Notes: a model not told the origin generated them from the sequence alone. 64,000 bases of DNA from an uncultured cyanobacterium (GCA_963803805.1 CAWDOD010000011.1:224001-288000), one strand, 5' to 3'; shown: positions 47,707 through 57,807, counted from the first letter of the stretch. A program made the numbers and translations.

Positions 47707-49332
47707 ATGAGCTACTGCCTTAACCCTTCCTGTCCTCAGCCCAAAAATCCAGACTCAGTTAAAGCCTGTAAATCTTGCGGCTCTTCTCTACTGCTGAAGA
47801 GTCGCTATTTGGGGCAAAGATGCCTTGGACAAGGAGGATTTGGTGCGACTTTTTTAGCCCGTGATCTCTCACTTCCAGGAAAGCCCAGTTGTGTGATCAA
47901 ACAACTACGACCTTCTAGTAGTTCCCCTCATATTCTACAAATGGCCCGGGAGTTATTTGAACGGGAAGCAGAAACATTGGGACGTATCGGTAATCATCCT
48001 CAAGTGCCGAGGTTACTAGACTATTTTGAGGAAAATGAGAATTTTTATTTAGTCCAAGAATACGTCAAAGGCAATAACCTACAACAAGAAATTAAACGCA
48101 ACGGCCCCCTCACTGAAGCCGGAGTGAAACAATTTCTGAGTGAGATTATGCCGATGATTCAATACATCCACTCCCAACAAGTTATTCACCGAGATATCAA
48201 ACCAGCTAACCTGATTCGTCGGGAACAAGATAAGAAACTAGTACTCATTGATTTTGGGGCCGTTAAAAATCAGATTACCCCAGAACAAACCTCCGACTCT
48301 GCCGATCAAACTGCCTTTACACAATTTGCCATTGGTACTCCCGGCTTCGCCCCCCCAGAGCAAATGGCTATGCGGCCAGTTTATGCCAGTGATATTTATG
48401 CTATTGGGGTAACTGCTATTTATCTTCTTACAGGAAAAGCGCCCAAAGACTTAGACTACAACCCGGCAACGGGAGAAATGGTTTGGCGCAAATATGTTGA
48501 TATTAGTGATCATCTAGCTCAAGTGCTGGGTAAAATGCTTGAGGTGGGGGTACGCCATCGCTATCAAAAAACAGATGATGTACTAAGGGCTTTGGATTTA
48601 GAGCCTTATTTAGAAGGATTAGCAGAAAGTTTAGTTACCAAAGTTAACCCCCCAAAAAAAGGGCAAATAGATACTTTCAACTTACCCAATAATTTTAATC
48701 GAGCTAGCAACACCGCTAATACTTTACCAAGTTCTACTTCCTCCAAAAGAATTAGCTCGATGGCCGAAAAAATTCGCGCCCGTAGAGAAAGACTCAAACA
48801 ACAAGATACATCAGCCGGGAATTCTATAGGGGGAATGAATAGTACTTCTGGGAGAATGGCTAGTGGCAAACTTACTTCTTCTGGACGTAGGAAAAATCTA
48901 ACCAGATTAGATAAAAGTTCCCTATTGGAAGGTTACAAAAAAGGTAGAAGGGATTTTACTAGCCAAAATTTAAGTAGTATAGATTTACAACAAGCAAGCC
49001 TTTGTGATAGCCACTTCAATGAATCTCGGTTAACTAGGGCTAACTTACAAGGGGCTAATTTAGCTAATACTAATTTTGGTAAGGCTAACTTAACCAATGC
49101 CAATTTAAAAGATGCTGTTTTGAGTCGGGCTTACTTTAATTATGCCAATTTAGCAAATGCTGATTTGCGAGGAGCTGATCTTAGTTATGCCCATCTTAGT
49201 AATGCTAACTTAAAAGGAGCAAATCTATCGGGGGCTGATCTTAGTAACGCGAGAGTAACAGAAGAACAATTAGCTCAGGCTAAAACTAATTGGAATACTA
49301 TTTTACCCAGCGGTAAGCGGGGATTTTGGTAA
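47707..49332 (+). CDS. spkB: Ser/Thr protein kinase with C-terminal pentapeptide repeats (SpkB type)
   Basis: MSYC.NP.C zinc ribbon, LGQGGFG, HRDIKPAN, DFG, A(N/D)LxG repeats. Confidence 0.85.
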   Translation: MSYCLNPSCPQPKNPDSVKACKSCGSSLLLKSRYLGQRCLGQGGFGATFLARDLSLPGKPSCVIKQLRPSSSSPHILQMARELFEREAETLGRIGNHPQVPRLLDYFEENENFYLVQEYVKGNNLQQEIKRNGPLTEAGVKQFLSEIMPMIQYIHSQQVIHRDIKPANLIRREQDKKLVLIDFGAVKNQITPEQTSDSADQTAFTQFAIGTPGFAPPEQMAMRPVYASDIYAIGVTAIYLLTGKAPKDLDYNPATGEMVWRKYVDISDHLAQVLGKMLEVGVRHRYQKTDDVLRALDLEPYLEGLAESLVTKVNPPKKGQIDTFNLPNNFNRASNTANTLPSSTSSKRISSMAEKIRARRERLKQQDTSAGNSIGGMNSTSGRMASGKLTSSGRRKNLTRLDKSSLLEGYKKGRRDFTSQNLSSIDLQQASLCDSHFNESRLTRANLQGANLANTNFGKANLTNANLKDAVLSRAYFNYANLANADLRGADLSYAHLSNANLKGANLSGADLSNARVTEEQLAQAKTNWNTILPSGKRGFW

Positions 49333-49362
49333 TAAACATTTATCATTAAACACTAAACATTT

Positions 49363-49797
49363 ATGAGTCCTTTACCTAATTATCGCCCCAAAAAAATCTC
49401 CCTCGGACCTTTAGAAAGAGAGGTTTTAGAAATTGTTTGGGAACTAAAATCAGCTAGTGTTAAAGAAGTTCGCGATCGCATTTTACAAGACCCCAATCGG
49501 GAATTAGCTTATACTTCTGTAACTACCGTACTGCGTCGCCTCACAGAAAAAGGCTGGTTAGCTTGTGACCGAGAAGAAAGAGCTTTTTGTTGGCAACCCC
49601 GTATCTCTCGCCAAGAAGCAGAAATGATTCATGCCCATGACCAGCTTAATCGCTTTTTAGAAGTGGGTAATCCTGATGTGGTGGCTGCCTTTGCTGATAG
49701 CCTTGACAAAGCTAGTGTAGAACAGATTGCTGCTATTGCTCAGCGTATTCAAAAAGCCCGTCAAGAAAGGGAAGATGATGGGGCAGTAGAGAAGTAG
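49363..49797 (+). CDS. petR: BlaI/CopY-family regulator, PetR type
   Basis: P.P.YRPK..SLGPLE.E.L..VW, LAYTSVTTVLRRL..KGWL; paired with an M56 protease. Confidence 0.8.
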   Translation: MSPLPNYRPKKISLGPLEREVLEIVWELKSASVKEVRDRILQDPNRELAYTSVTTVLRRLTEKGWLACDREERAFCWQPRISRQEAEMIHAHDQLNRFLEVGNPDVVAAFADSLDKASVEQIAAIAQRIQKARQEREDDGAVEK

Positions 49798-49838
49798 GGG
49801 GAGTAGTAGATATTTTAGGAAATGGGGGATAAGGATAA

Positions 49839-50680
49839 ATGCACCTGATTATGATCCTTGGAGTAGTAAGTTTAGCTTGCTTATTGAGGCTATGTTGGTT
49901 TCCCAATCAAGGAAACTGGTTAGCACGTTGGCAACAAGCATTGTTCCTTTTTCTCTTACCTCCCCTTTTGATTTTGATGAGTGGAATAGCCATACTTTTT
50001 ATGGGGCCTCAAGGGGAAATGATTGGACTTAGCACTGATTGGTTTAGCTACTTAATCACTATTTGTTGGTTGATTTTGGCTGTTATAGTAGCGGTCAAAT
50101 TAGGAGGAGAAGGAAGACAATTTAAAAGGAAAATACATAGCTGCCCTAGCCAAAAATTAGCCGGATACTCAGTTAAACTTCTGGAAAATCCTCTGCTTTT
50201 TTGCGCTCAAATCGGCTTTTGGCAACCAGAATTAGTAATAAGTAAAGGTTTAATAGATTGTCTGCAACCAAAACATTTAGAAGCTGTTTTGGCCCATGAA
50301 CAAGCTCATTTATTTTATCGAGATACCTTTTGGTTCTTTTGGTTAGGGTGGCTACGTAAAATCACTTTTTGGTTACCTCATACAGAAGCATTATGGCAAG
50401 AAATCCTCACCTTACGAGAAATTCGGCCGATAGTTGGGCAGCCCAAACAGTTGATCCTTTAGTGTTAGCAGAAGCATTGTTAACGGTGATAAGTTCCCCT
50501 TTGATGGTGTCAGAAAGCTTTAGCGCTGCGTTTAGTACTCCGGTTCCTCAAAATCGCTTACAAGAAAGAGTTGATGCTTTACTTAATAATTACGAGTTAC
50601 CTTCTCAGTTTAATTTCTGGATTTATGCAGGGATAATTTTAAGTTTATTTCCTTTAGTAGCAATACCTTTTCATAGTTGA
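49839..50680 (+). pseudogene. petP: M56/BlaR1-like membrane metalloprotease PetP, split by a one-base deletion at about 50426 (real lesion or sequencing error)
   Basis: HEQAH zinc motif in the first ORF; adding one G (CGG|GCC GAT) restores LREIRADSWAA...LAEALL and a frame of about 280 aa. Confidence 0.8.
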
Positions 50681-50732
50681 TTGAAACAGCGCAAATAAAA
50701 TTTGTTAGGACAACAATTAATTATCTATCAAT

Positions 50733-51047
50733 TTAATAATGAATTGCTAGCCATATTGTCTCAGTATTAGGCTCAGTCCACTCTACTTTATGTTTCCTAT
50801 ATGCTTCTATATTTAGATAATCACCTTCTCGCAGCTTAATAGATGATTCATCTGCAAATGATAAAATTGCTTCACCTTTTAAGACTATAACCCATTCATT
50901 TTGTTCTTGTTCATACCAACCAGATTTTGGTGATGTATGCCCCTTGGAGATAATGCGTTCTATGAGTACATTATCACTTTTAACTAATTGCTCAAATATC
51001 TCATTTTCTAAGTTTTTTGGTATTCTATTAAATAGATTGTTCACCAC
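50733..51047 (-). CDS. Cupin-domain protein
   Basis: IERIIS.GH.SP..GWY.Q..NEWV.VLKG.A...GDYLNI....KHKV.WT. Confidence 0.88.
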   Translation of the reverse strand: MVNNLFNRIPKNLENEIFEQLVKSDNVLIERIISKGHTSPKSGWYEQEQNEWVIVLKGEAILSFADESSIKLREGDYLNIEAYRKHKVEWTEPNTETIWLAIHY

Positions 51048-51079
51048 ATTTTCATCTCATACTAAATCCTAACTTAGCA

Positions 51080-51307
51080 TCATTTGGTAGAGCGATGTTT
51101 GGCTATCAAGCTTCGCATTTCATTGCGAACTTCACGCCAAATTTTAAAGTTGGCGTGAATCTGTTCTTGAAAATCATTTCCTTGAAGATAAGCATTCCCT
51201 TTGTTATCAAAGGCAACTTTCAAATCATCTACTTTTACAAATGGTTCAAGTTCCTGGGTTAAGTTAGAGAATGTGTTGAATATTTGACTGACGTTTTGAG
51301 TACTCAT
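51080..51307 (-). CDS. Small hypothetical protein
   Basis: 75-aa ORF from MSTQNVSQ filling the gap between neighbours. Confidence 0.5.
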   Translation of the reverse strand: MSTQNVSQIFNTFSNLTQELEPFVKVDDLKVAFDNKGNAYLQGNDFQEQIHANFKIWREVRNEMRSLIAKHRSTK

Positions 51308-51347
51308 AAAATTAATTATAAATATAGCAAGTCTCATATTCAAAATA

Positions 51348-51911
51348 TTAACGAGACTTAATTTTATTGTTTTGGTGGCCAAGTCCTGCAAATAGCGAAA
51401 AAACAATCCAAACTATTGCTCCTTCCCAAATAATAAGATATATTCCTAAAGGCAACAACTTCCGACTCCAAAACCAACGAGTTTTATGTTCAACTATTAA
51501 TGATGGTTCGTTCGACTGGAGAAAGCTGTTGATTTGAGTAACCAACTCTCGCATTTCTGTAGCATTTCCTTTAAAAGTATCAACTTCTCCTTCTAAAGTG
51601 GTTAAGGTGACAAAGTTGCGCTCTTCTTTAGCACCACTGGGGGCTTTTGTTGTTTCTACTTTAAACTTGGCTTGAAAAACTTCTTTTAAAGAAGTAGGTG
51701 GTAATTTAATTAAGCTAAAAAATCTCGATTTGTTATTGTTACAGTTAACTTGGTTAGACTCTAAACGTTGGCAGGAGAGAGTTGTAGTTCCCAGGTCATA
51801 AAACACAAATAATAATGGCAATGTTCCCAAAGCAATTAGGAATAGGATAGAGAAAAGAGCAACAACTATTTTAGTTGTTAAAGTTGGTTGTGAAGAATTT
51901 TTATCAACCAT
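51348..51911 (-). CDS. Membrane protein, hypothetical (two TM segments flanking a periplasmic domain with LxC...C)
   Basis: 187-aa ORF immediately downstream of the permease. Confidence 0.75.
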   Translation of the reverse strand: MVDKNSSQPTLTTKIVVALFSILFLIALGTLPLLFVFYDLGTTTLSCQRLESNQVNCNNNKSRFFSLIKLPPTSLKEVFQAKFKVETTKAPSGAKEERNFVTLTTLEGEVDTFKGNATEMRELVTQINSFLQSNEPSLIVEHKTRWFWSRKLLPLGIYLIIWEGAIVWIVFSLFAGLGHQNNKIKSR

Positions 51912-51923
51912 AGATAATAAATA

Positions 51924-52805
51924 TTAACGAATTTGCCCATAAATATCTTTGCTTTTACTCAAACGTAAACTAATAATAGAAAGCACGAAAATAATCACAA
52001 AAAGTACCAAGCCAATGGTACAAGCATAGCTAATATCAAAATCTCGAAATGAAGCTTCGTAGATATAGTAAACGACGGTTTTGGAACTATTTAAAGGGCC
52101 ACCTTTGGTCATCACGTAAATTTCTTCAAACACTTTTGTTGCTGAAATGGCCGAAATCACTGCTACCAAAATTAAATAGGGGCGCATTAAAGGTAAGGTA
52201 ATATCCCAATGTTTCTGCAATCCATCGGAACCATCAATAGCTGCCGCTTCGTATAATTCGCCATCAATAGATTGTAGTCCAGCTAAATAAATAACCATGT
52301 AATAACCTAAACCTTTCCAGATAGTTACTACCATGACACTCCAAATAGCTAAATTGGGACTGGTTAACCAAGGAATACCCTCTTCAAAACCCAATTGTTG
52401 CAAAAACTGATTGAAAATACCATTAGAATCATAAAGGGCCCGCCAAGCAATTCCGGCTACTACCATGGAAATAACTACAGGGGTGTAAAAAGAAGCGCGA
52501 AACCAACTGATTCCTCTGAGTTTTTGATTAACCAAAATAGCTAAACTAAGGGGGGCAAAAACTAAAAAAGGAACAACACCAATAATATAAAGTAAAGTGT
52601 TTCTCATGGTTTGCCAAAATACTTCATCTGCCCACAATCTTCTCAGGTTTTCCCATCCTTCTATTTGAGGCTGTTCCGTTAAATACAATTCGTAGTCAGT
52701 GAAACTTAAATAAAAAGCTTGTATAGCTGGCCAAAATACCGTCAAACCTAAAATAACTAAAGCCGGCAATAAAAACGAATAAGCGGTCAAATTCTTTTTA
52801 CTCAT
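51924..52805 (-). CDS. Carbohydrate ABC transporter permease (MalF/LacF type)
   Basis: ELYEAAAIDG EAA motif, MT.GGP..S. Confidence 0.92.
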   Translation of the reverse strand: MSKKNLTAYSFLLPALVILGLTVFWPAIQAFYLSFTDYELYLTEQPQIEGWENLRRLWADEVFWQTMRNTLLYIIGVVPFLVFAPLSLAILVNQKLRGISWFRASFYTPVVISMVVAGIAWRALYDSNGIFNQFLQQLGFEEGIPWLTSPNLAIWSVMVVTIWKGLGYYMVIYLAGLQSIDGELYEAAAIDGSDGLQKHWDITLPLMRPYLILVAVISAISATKVFEEIYVMTKGGPLNSSKTVVYYIYEASFRDFDISYACTIGLVLFVIIFVLSIISLRLSKSKDIYGQIR

Positions 52806-52854
52806 TTATAATTTATAAGTTTGTAAATGATAATTTCACGGACGAAAGCAATTT

Positions 52855-53553
52855 ATGGTTCCTTTAAAGGATGAAAATCCGATTCAGATTACCCCTTTTG
52901 TTACCTATGCCCTGATCACTATTAATATAGTAGTTTTTTTCTATGAAATAAGCTTGACAGAACCTCAGTTAAATGCTTTTTTTGAGCTTTATGCTATTGT
53001 GCCAAAAGAGTTGACAGCCAGCTTTAATGGCTTAGCAATTAATCAATCAGTACCCGAACCTGCAACCTTAATTACCTCTCAGTTTTTACATGGTGGTTTC
53101 GCCCATGTGGGCTTTAATATGTTGTTTTTATGGATTTTTGGCAACAACATTGAAGAAGAATTAGGACATATCAAGTTCTTGTTTTTTTACCTAGCCTGCG
53201 GTAGTTTAGCAGCCCTTTCTCAGTGGTTTTTCTCTCCTTTATCCCTAACTCCTACTTTGGGGGCTAGTGGTGCGATCGCCGGGGTTATGGGTGCATACAT
53301 CCTTAAGTTTCCTGCTGCTAAGATTTTAACCTTAATTCCCCTTGGCTTCTTTTTCCCAACGGTAAGAGTACCTGCAATTTACTTCCTCGGTTTCTGGTTT
53401 GTCCAGCAAGCATTTAATGGCATAGCCTCTTTAGGAGTCAGGGCTGACATTGGCATGGAAAGCGGTGGTGTCGCTTATTGGGCCCATGCTGGGGGCTTTA
53501 TTTTTGGGGCAATCTTGGGGCCAATGTTGGGGTTATTTTCAGATTCTAAGTGA
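52855..53553 (+). CDS. Rhomboid-family intramembrane serine protease
   Basis: FLHGG..H...NM, GASGAI, AHAGGF. Confidence 0.93.
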   Translation: MVPLKDENPIQITPFVTYALITINIVVFFYEISLTEPQLNAFFELYAIVPKELTASFNGLAINQSVPEPATLITSQFLHGGFAHVGFNMLFLWIFGNNIEEELGHIKFLFFYLACGSLAALSQWFFSPLSLTPTLGASGAIAGVMGAYILKFPAAKILTLIPLGFFFPTVRVPAIYFLGFWFVQQAFNGIASLGVRADIGMESGGVAYWAHAGGFIFGAILGPMLGLFSDSK

Positions 53554-53664
53554 AGAACTGAAATAGTAAATATCTAAATAATTTTGTGCGACCACTTAAC
53601 TATGAAGGAACAGTTTCCAGCTCTTTTTCTTCTTTTAAGATAAAATGAATCCAAGATAGCCATC

Positions 53665-54141
53665 ATGTTTAAATATAAGTTCAATCTTTGGCAAAATAGT
53701 ACTAGTCATTACTCATACTTACTAAGTGCTATTATTAGTTCCTTGGCAATTTTTTCTAGCACCTTAGCAGTTGCCTGTCCTGAAACAAATTCCGCGAGAA
53801 TAGATTATCAAAGCTTCAAGCAAAAATCAGTTTTAGAAACCAGTAATGGTAGAAGATATGGTTGTTGGTGGGATAAAAATGCTCAACCGATTTCTTTTGA
53901 AGAAAGTACTTATGATGTCGTAATTCGCTGTTCTGAGACTTTAACGGTGTATACCCATTTAGATAGCATTTATGAAGTGGTTATCGAGAATAATGGTGTG
54001 AGAAATGTTTACGAAGCTGACTTTTTAGGCGATCGCTATGAGTGTGATGCTGAAGGTCAAACTATGATCAAATCCTGGGTTTATAAACGGGGAAATGAGA
54101 TAGTACGACATACTAATTATCTTTATAATCGCTACAAATAA
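53665..54141 (+). CDS. Secreted hypothetical protein
   Basis: Hydrophobic leader, four Cys. Confidence 0.65.
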   Translation: MFKYKFNLWQNSTSHYSYLLSAIISSLAIFSSTLAVACPETNSARIDYQSFKQKSVLETSNGRRYGCWWDKNAQPISFEESTYDVVIRCSETLTVYTHLDSIYEVVIENNGVRNVYEADFLGDRYECDAEGQTMIKSWVYKRGNEIVRHTNYLYNRYK

Positions 54142-54277
54142 GCTGTCTGGGACGACTCACTTTACTTGATTATGACTTGATGGAGGATTTCTCTTTCTGT
54201 CTCTACCAAAATCCTGGAACAAAATTACCGGAAAATTCATCTAACGACTATGGTCGAACTATCAAATTATTTTTATT

Positions 54278-54946
54278 ATGTCTAACCTTAAATATGGTCG
54301 CTCTAGCCTTTCTTTACTAATTGCTTTCAGTACGATGTCTACGGCGGGCTTTGCCTACACCACAGCAATTCCTGTTTCTGCCCAACTGTTTCCTACCCAG
54401 GAAAATAACAATGTTACTCCCCAACCCATAGTTATTCCGGCTACAACCACTTTACCTGTGGAATATCAAGAAGCAGAAAAAATTGTTCTCACCAAAGAAG
54501 AAACAGTTCCTTTAACCCTAACAGTAGCAGCGAATATCAAAGACCGACAAGGTAATATTTTAATTCCCTATGGCAGCAAAATTATTGGTGAACTGCAACC
54601 AAAAGATGGCGGTTCTCAGTTTGTAGCCCAAGAATTAGTTATTAGTGCAGAAAAACGACAATCTTTACAAGCAACCTCCCAAGTTATTACTCGTACCGAA
54701 AAGATTAATGAAGGAACTGACACCGGAGATATTCTTCAAGGCGCTGCCATTGGTAGTGCCGCAGCAGCAATAATTGCCCTGATTACCGGAGATAATTCTA
54801 TTGATCTCCTCGAAGTCTTAGGAGGGGCTGGTTTAGGTGCATTAGGGGGGCTTCTCCTAGGTGGCAAGGAAACTGAAGTCATTTCCATTAACCCTAACGA
54901 AGATTTAGATGTGACTTTACTTGAAGATTTAACTTTGGAACAATAA
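54278..54946 (+). CDS. Exported hypothetical protein with glycine-zipper C-terminus
   Basis: Signal peptide; IP.G/P.GS.I.G beta region; GAAIG...GAGLGALGG. Confidence 0.75.
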   Translation: MSNLKYGRSSLSLLIAFSTMSTAGFAYTTAIPVSAQLFPTQENNNVTPQPIVIPATTTLPVEYQEAEKIVLTKEETVPLTLTVAANIKDRQGNILIPYGSKIIGELQPKDGGSQFVAQELVISAEKRQSLQATSQVITRTEKINEGTDTGDILQGAAIGSAAAAIIALITGDNSIDLLEVLGGAGLGALGGLLLGGKETEVISINPNEDLDVTLLEDLTLEQ

Positions 54947-55117
54947 CCCAAACTTAGTTAATTTTAAGTCTGGAATTTAGCCAACGATAATGTAGAAACT
55001 CAGAGAAAAGTATAGAGCAGTATAGCTACTTAACTGCCCCATACTTCCTGTTTCTGCAACAATTTTCTTGTTCCCCATCTCAAAATCTATTACAGTCCTT
55101 GATTACTGTTATTGAAA

Positions 55118-56521
55118 ATGCACAAGCGATTTTTCGGAAAACTATCTCTATTTATATTTATTTTTACAGCTACTCCAGGTTTATTACCTGCTGACCCTAA
55201 CTCGCCATTTTGCCCTCCTGCTGCTTGGGCTAGTAATAGGCATTTTGGTCAAGATGGTCGTGATGGCAGGGATGGCGAAACTGGTAGAAAGGGCCAGAAT
55301 GGTGAAAGTCGCGAGGTTTTTGTGGATGGTTCTCCTTTAAATATCGACATTTCCGGTTTAGAGGGAGAGGAAGGATATAACGGTGAAGATGGCTACCGTG
55401 GCAATTGTCACAATCAACCTAGAGATGTACGCTACGATTTAGAAGCTGCTGATGGTGGTGATGGTGGTGATGGTGGTGATGGCGGTGATGGTGGTGATGG
55501 CGGTATTCTCACTGTTTATTACAACAATATTGCCGACTTACGCCAAATTTATGTCCGTGCAGAAGGAGGAAGAGGAGGGGAAGCCGGGCTTTCTGGCTAT
55601 GGTGCAGCAGGTTGCAGTTGTCGGTGGCGACGTTGGGAGAAACGAACTTGTACTGGCAATCCAGGAGATCCTAATTATAGTTGCAAAACTGAAGAATTTG
55701 ACTGTGAAGATGGGGAAAATGGCAGAGATGGTAGACGAGGTAGAAGAGGTGATAAAGGTGAATTAGGCAGGTTAGCACTAGTTAAAGACAATCAAAGATT
55801 AGTAGCAGATCAACCAACAGCTAATGTTTCTCTCTCTTCAGTGGCAGGTAGAACTATCTCTCTTTCTAAAAATATCTGGCAAACTCGGCTGGGGGCAACT
55901 TCTCTTTTAGCCTCCGGTTCCATTATTAGCGATGAATATGATGAATTTGTTGAACGTGTTGAAGGGGAGTTTCAGGTGGCTTGGAATGCTTCACGCCCGA
56001 TTACAGACTTTTATAATCAAAATCTTAGCTTAACTCTTGAAGGTCGCAACGATGTTAATATTGTTTCCCCTGAAGCTGTTTGGTTAGAAAGTGAAACTTC
56101 CCAAAATAATGGCATCACTCAACTTAATGTCACCAAAGCTGTTTTACGAGAAGAAACAACTCAGTTAACCAGGGCTGATTTCGCTGGTAATCGTTCTGGC
56201 TTAACCTTTAGCCTCATTGATAAAGCGAGACAGTCTGATGTTCTTTCTACTCAATTCCGTATTAAGTATCGTACCGGGCAAGATAGAAGTGGGCCACGAC
56301 CTGATTCTGTATTTGATTATACTACCAGATACGAAGGGACGATTCCTGGGGAACTAGTTAGACTAGAAGGACAGCGTTTTACCCTAGATTTGGGTAAGCT
56401 TCCTATTGAAGATAAATATCTCAGACCAGGAGTTAATGTTGATATTGAAGTTACGGCTATCCGTTCTTTAGGAGGACGTTCGGCCGAACAAACTATTTCC
56501 TGGAAAGGAGAGATTGATTGA
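55118..56521 (+). CDS. Secreted collagen-like (Gly-X-Y) protein
   Basis: GQDGRDGRDGETGRKGQNG, (DGG)n and GENGRDGRRGRRGDKGELG segments interrupted by Cys-rich spacers. Confidence 0.82.
   Translation: MHKRFFGKLSLFIFIFTATPGLLPADPNSPFCPPAAWASNRHFGQDGRDGRDGETGRKGQNGESREVFVDGSPLNIDISGLEGEEGYNGEDGYRGNCHNQPRDVRYDLEAADGGDGGDGGDGGDGGDGGILTVYYNNIADLRQIYVRAEGGRGGEAGLSGYGAAGCSCRWRRWEKRTCTGNPGDPNYSCKTEEFDCEDGENGRDGRRGRRGDKGELGRLALVKDNQRLVADQPTANVSLSSVAGRTISLSKNIWQTRLGATSLLASGSIISDEYDEFVERVEGEFQVAWNASRPITDFYNQNLSLTLEGRNDVNIVSPEAVWLESETSQNNGITQLNVTKAVLREETTQLTRADFAGNRSGLTFSLIDKARQSDVLSTQFRIKYRTGQDRSGPRPDSVFDYTTRYEGTIPGELVRLEGQRFTLDLGKLPIEDKYLRPGVNVDIEVTAIRSLGGRSAEQTISWKGEID
55451..55505 (+). repeat. 9-bp coding tandem repeat (GATGGTGGT)n
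   Basis: About six units encoding DGG. Confidence 0.8.
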
Positions 56522-56564
56522 GGCTGTATCCTTAGCTGCGTATAGAAATTTTTGGAGCAATTTA

Positions 56565-57548
56565 ATGAAAAAAGTCTTTTTAACAGGTTCTTTGGTGCTT
56601 CTTTTAGTAGGATGCGGTGGCAAGGATTCTGCTTCTAATAAGTCCGTTAATAGTGTTGGTACTCAAAAGTCTGAAGCGGCCGCTGAGTCTCAAGATTCTC
56701 AAGCAACAGCAAATACAAAAGTAGAATTAATTGATCCAGGTGCTAAGCCCAGACAAGAGTTGCGTTTTGCCCCCAAGGTGAATCAGGAACAAACTGTCAA
56801 AATGAATATGCAAATGGAGATGAGTATGTCTTTGGCAGGGCAAACTCAACCTGCTTTTAAGAGTCCGCAAATGCAGATGACGGTGGCAGCAAAGGTAACG
56901 GAGGTAGATAAAAATGGTGATATTCATGTTGATTTTTCCTACACCGATGCCGATGTTGTTGCAGATAGCAATACTTCCCCTCAAATGGCAGAAGCGATGC
57001 GTAACCAAATCAAACAAATGGTAGGCTTCAAAGGTTCCATGATTGTGGATTCTCAAGGCAACACCAAAGAGGTGAACTTTGACTTACCTGAAAGCGTTAA
57101 CCCCCAAAGCAAGCAGATGTTGGAACAGATGTTAAACTCCCTGAAACAGCTATCTTCTCCTGTGCCTACTCAAGCTGTGGGAGAAGGGGCAAAGTGGCAG
57201 GTTGATAATACTTTGACTACTAATGGCATTACTTTAGACCAAGTTTCTACCTACGAAGTAGAAAGTTTGCAAGGAGATACTGTTATCCTAAAAACCACTG
57301 TACAACAACAAGCAGACCCCCAAAAAGTCAGCCCTCCTGGTTTACCTCCCAATGCTTCTATTAACTTGCAATCTCTAAATTCCCAAGGTGAAGGTACATT
57401 CACTATTAAGTTAGACCAAATCTTGCCCAACAGCGCAACTATGGCCATAACTTCCGATACGCAAATGGCGGTTAAACAACCCGATAGTCAAGAGGAAATT
57501 CCTATGGGGATGAATATGGTGATGAATATGAGTTTGCAAGGGCAGTAA
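56565..57548 (+). CDS. Lipoprotein, DUF6263-like
   Basis: Lipobox LVGC; LIDPG..PRQELR, P..AVG.GA.W motifs. Confidence 0.7.
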   Translation: MKKVFLTGSLVLLLVGCGGKDSASNKSVNSVGTQKSEAAAESQDSQATANTKVELIDPGAKPRQELRFAPKVNQEQTVKMNMQMEMSMSLAGQTQPAFKSPQMQMTVAAKVTEVDKNGDIHVDFSYTDADVVADSNTSPQMAEAMRNQIKQMVGFKGSMIVDSQGNTKEVNFDLPESVNPQSKQMLEQMLNSLKQLSSPVPTQAVGEGAKWQVDNTLTTNGITLDQVSTYEVESLQGDTVILKTTVQQQADPQKVSPPGLPPNASINLQSLNSQGEGTFTIKLDQILPNSATMAITSDTQMAVKQPDSQEEIPMGMNMVMNMSLQGQ

Positions 57549-57696
57549 AGTACTCTGTTTTATGAAGAGGTTTGTAAGGAAAGAGCAAAGAAAGAATAAA
57601 GTCCCCCATATTAGGGGATTTAGGGGCAATGCCAGTTTTTTCGTAGTAGTAACTTGATAATTTATGTTGCCCTGCGTAGGCAAAGCCCACCGTAGG

Positions 57697-57807
57697 TAAG
57701 CTGTCAGGCATTTAATTTACTTATTAGGTTTGATGGGGAGATAGGGGGAGGGTTTTAGGGCTTATTTCCTAGTTGAGTAATACACAGTTTAAATGCACAT
57801 CAGCTTA
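57697..57807 (-). mobile_element. 111-bp MITE, copy 2, inserted at a TA inside a small dispersed repeat
   Basis: Exact reverse complement of 25366-25476; removing it leaves GCGTAGGCAAAGCCCACCGTAGG-TA-TCGC. Confidence 0.85.

Noticed and set aside
55452-55766. MVVMVV... ORF
   Set aside because: Alternative-frame reading of the (GATGGTGGT)n tract in the collagen-like gene
57411-57711. Two minus-strand ORFs
   Set aside because: They overlap the lipoprotein 3' end, repeat elements and the MITE edge; no protein-like signal
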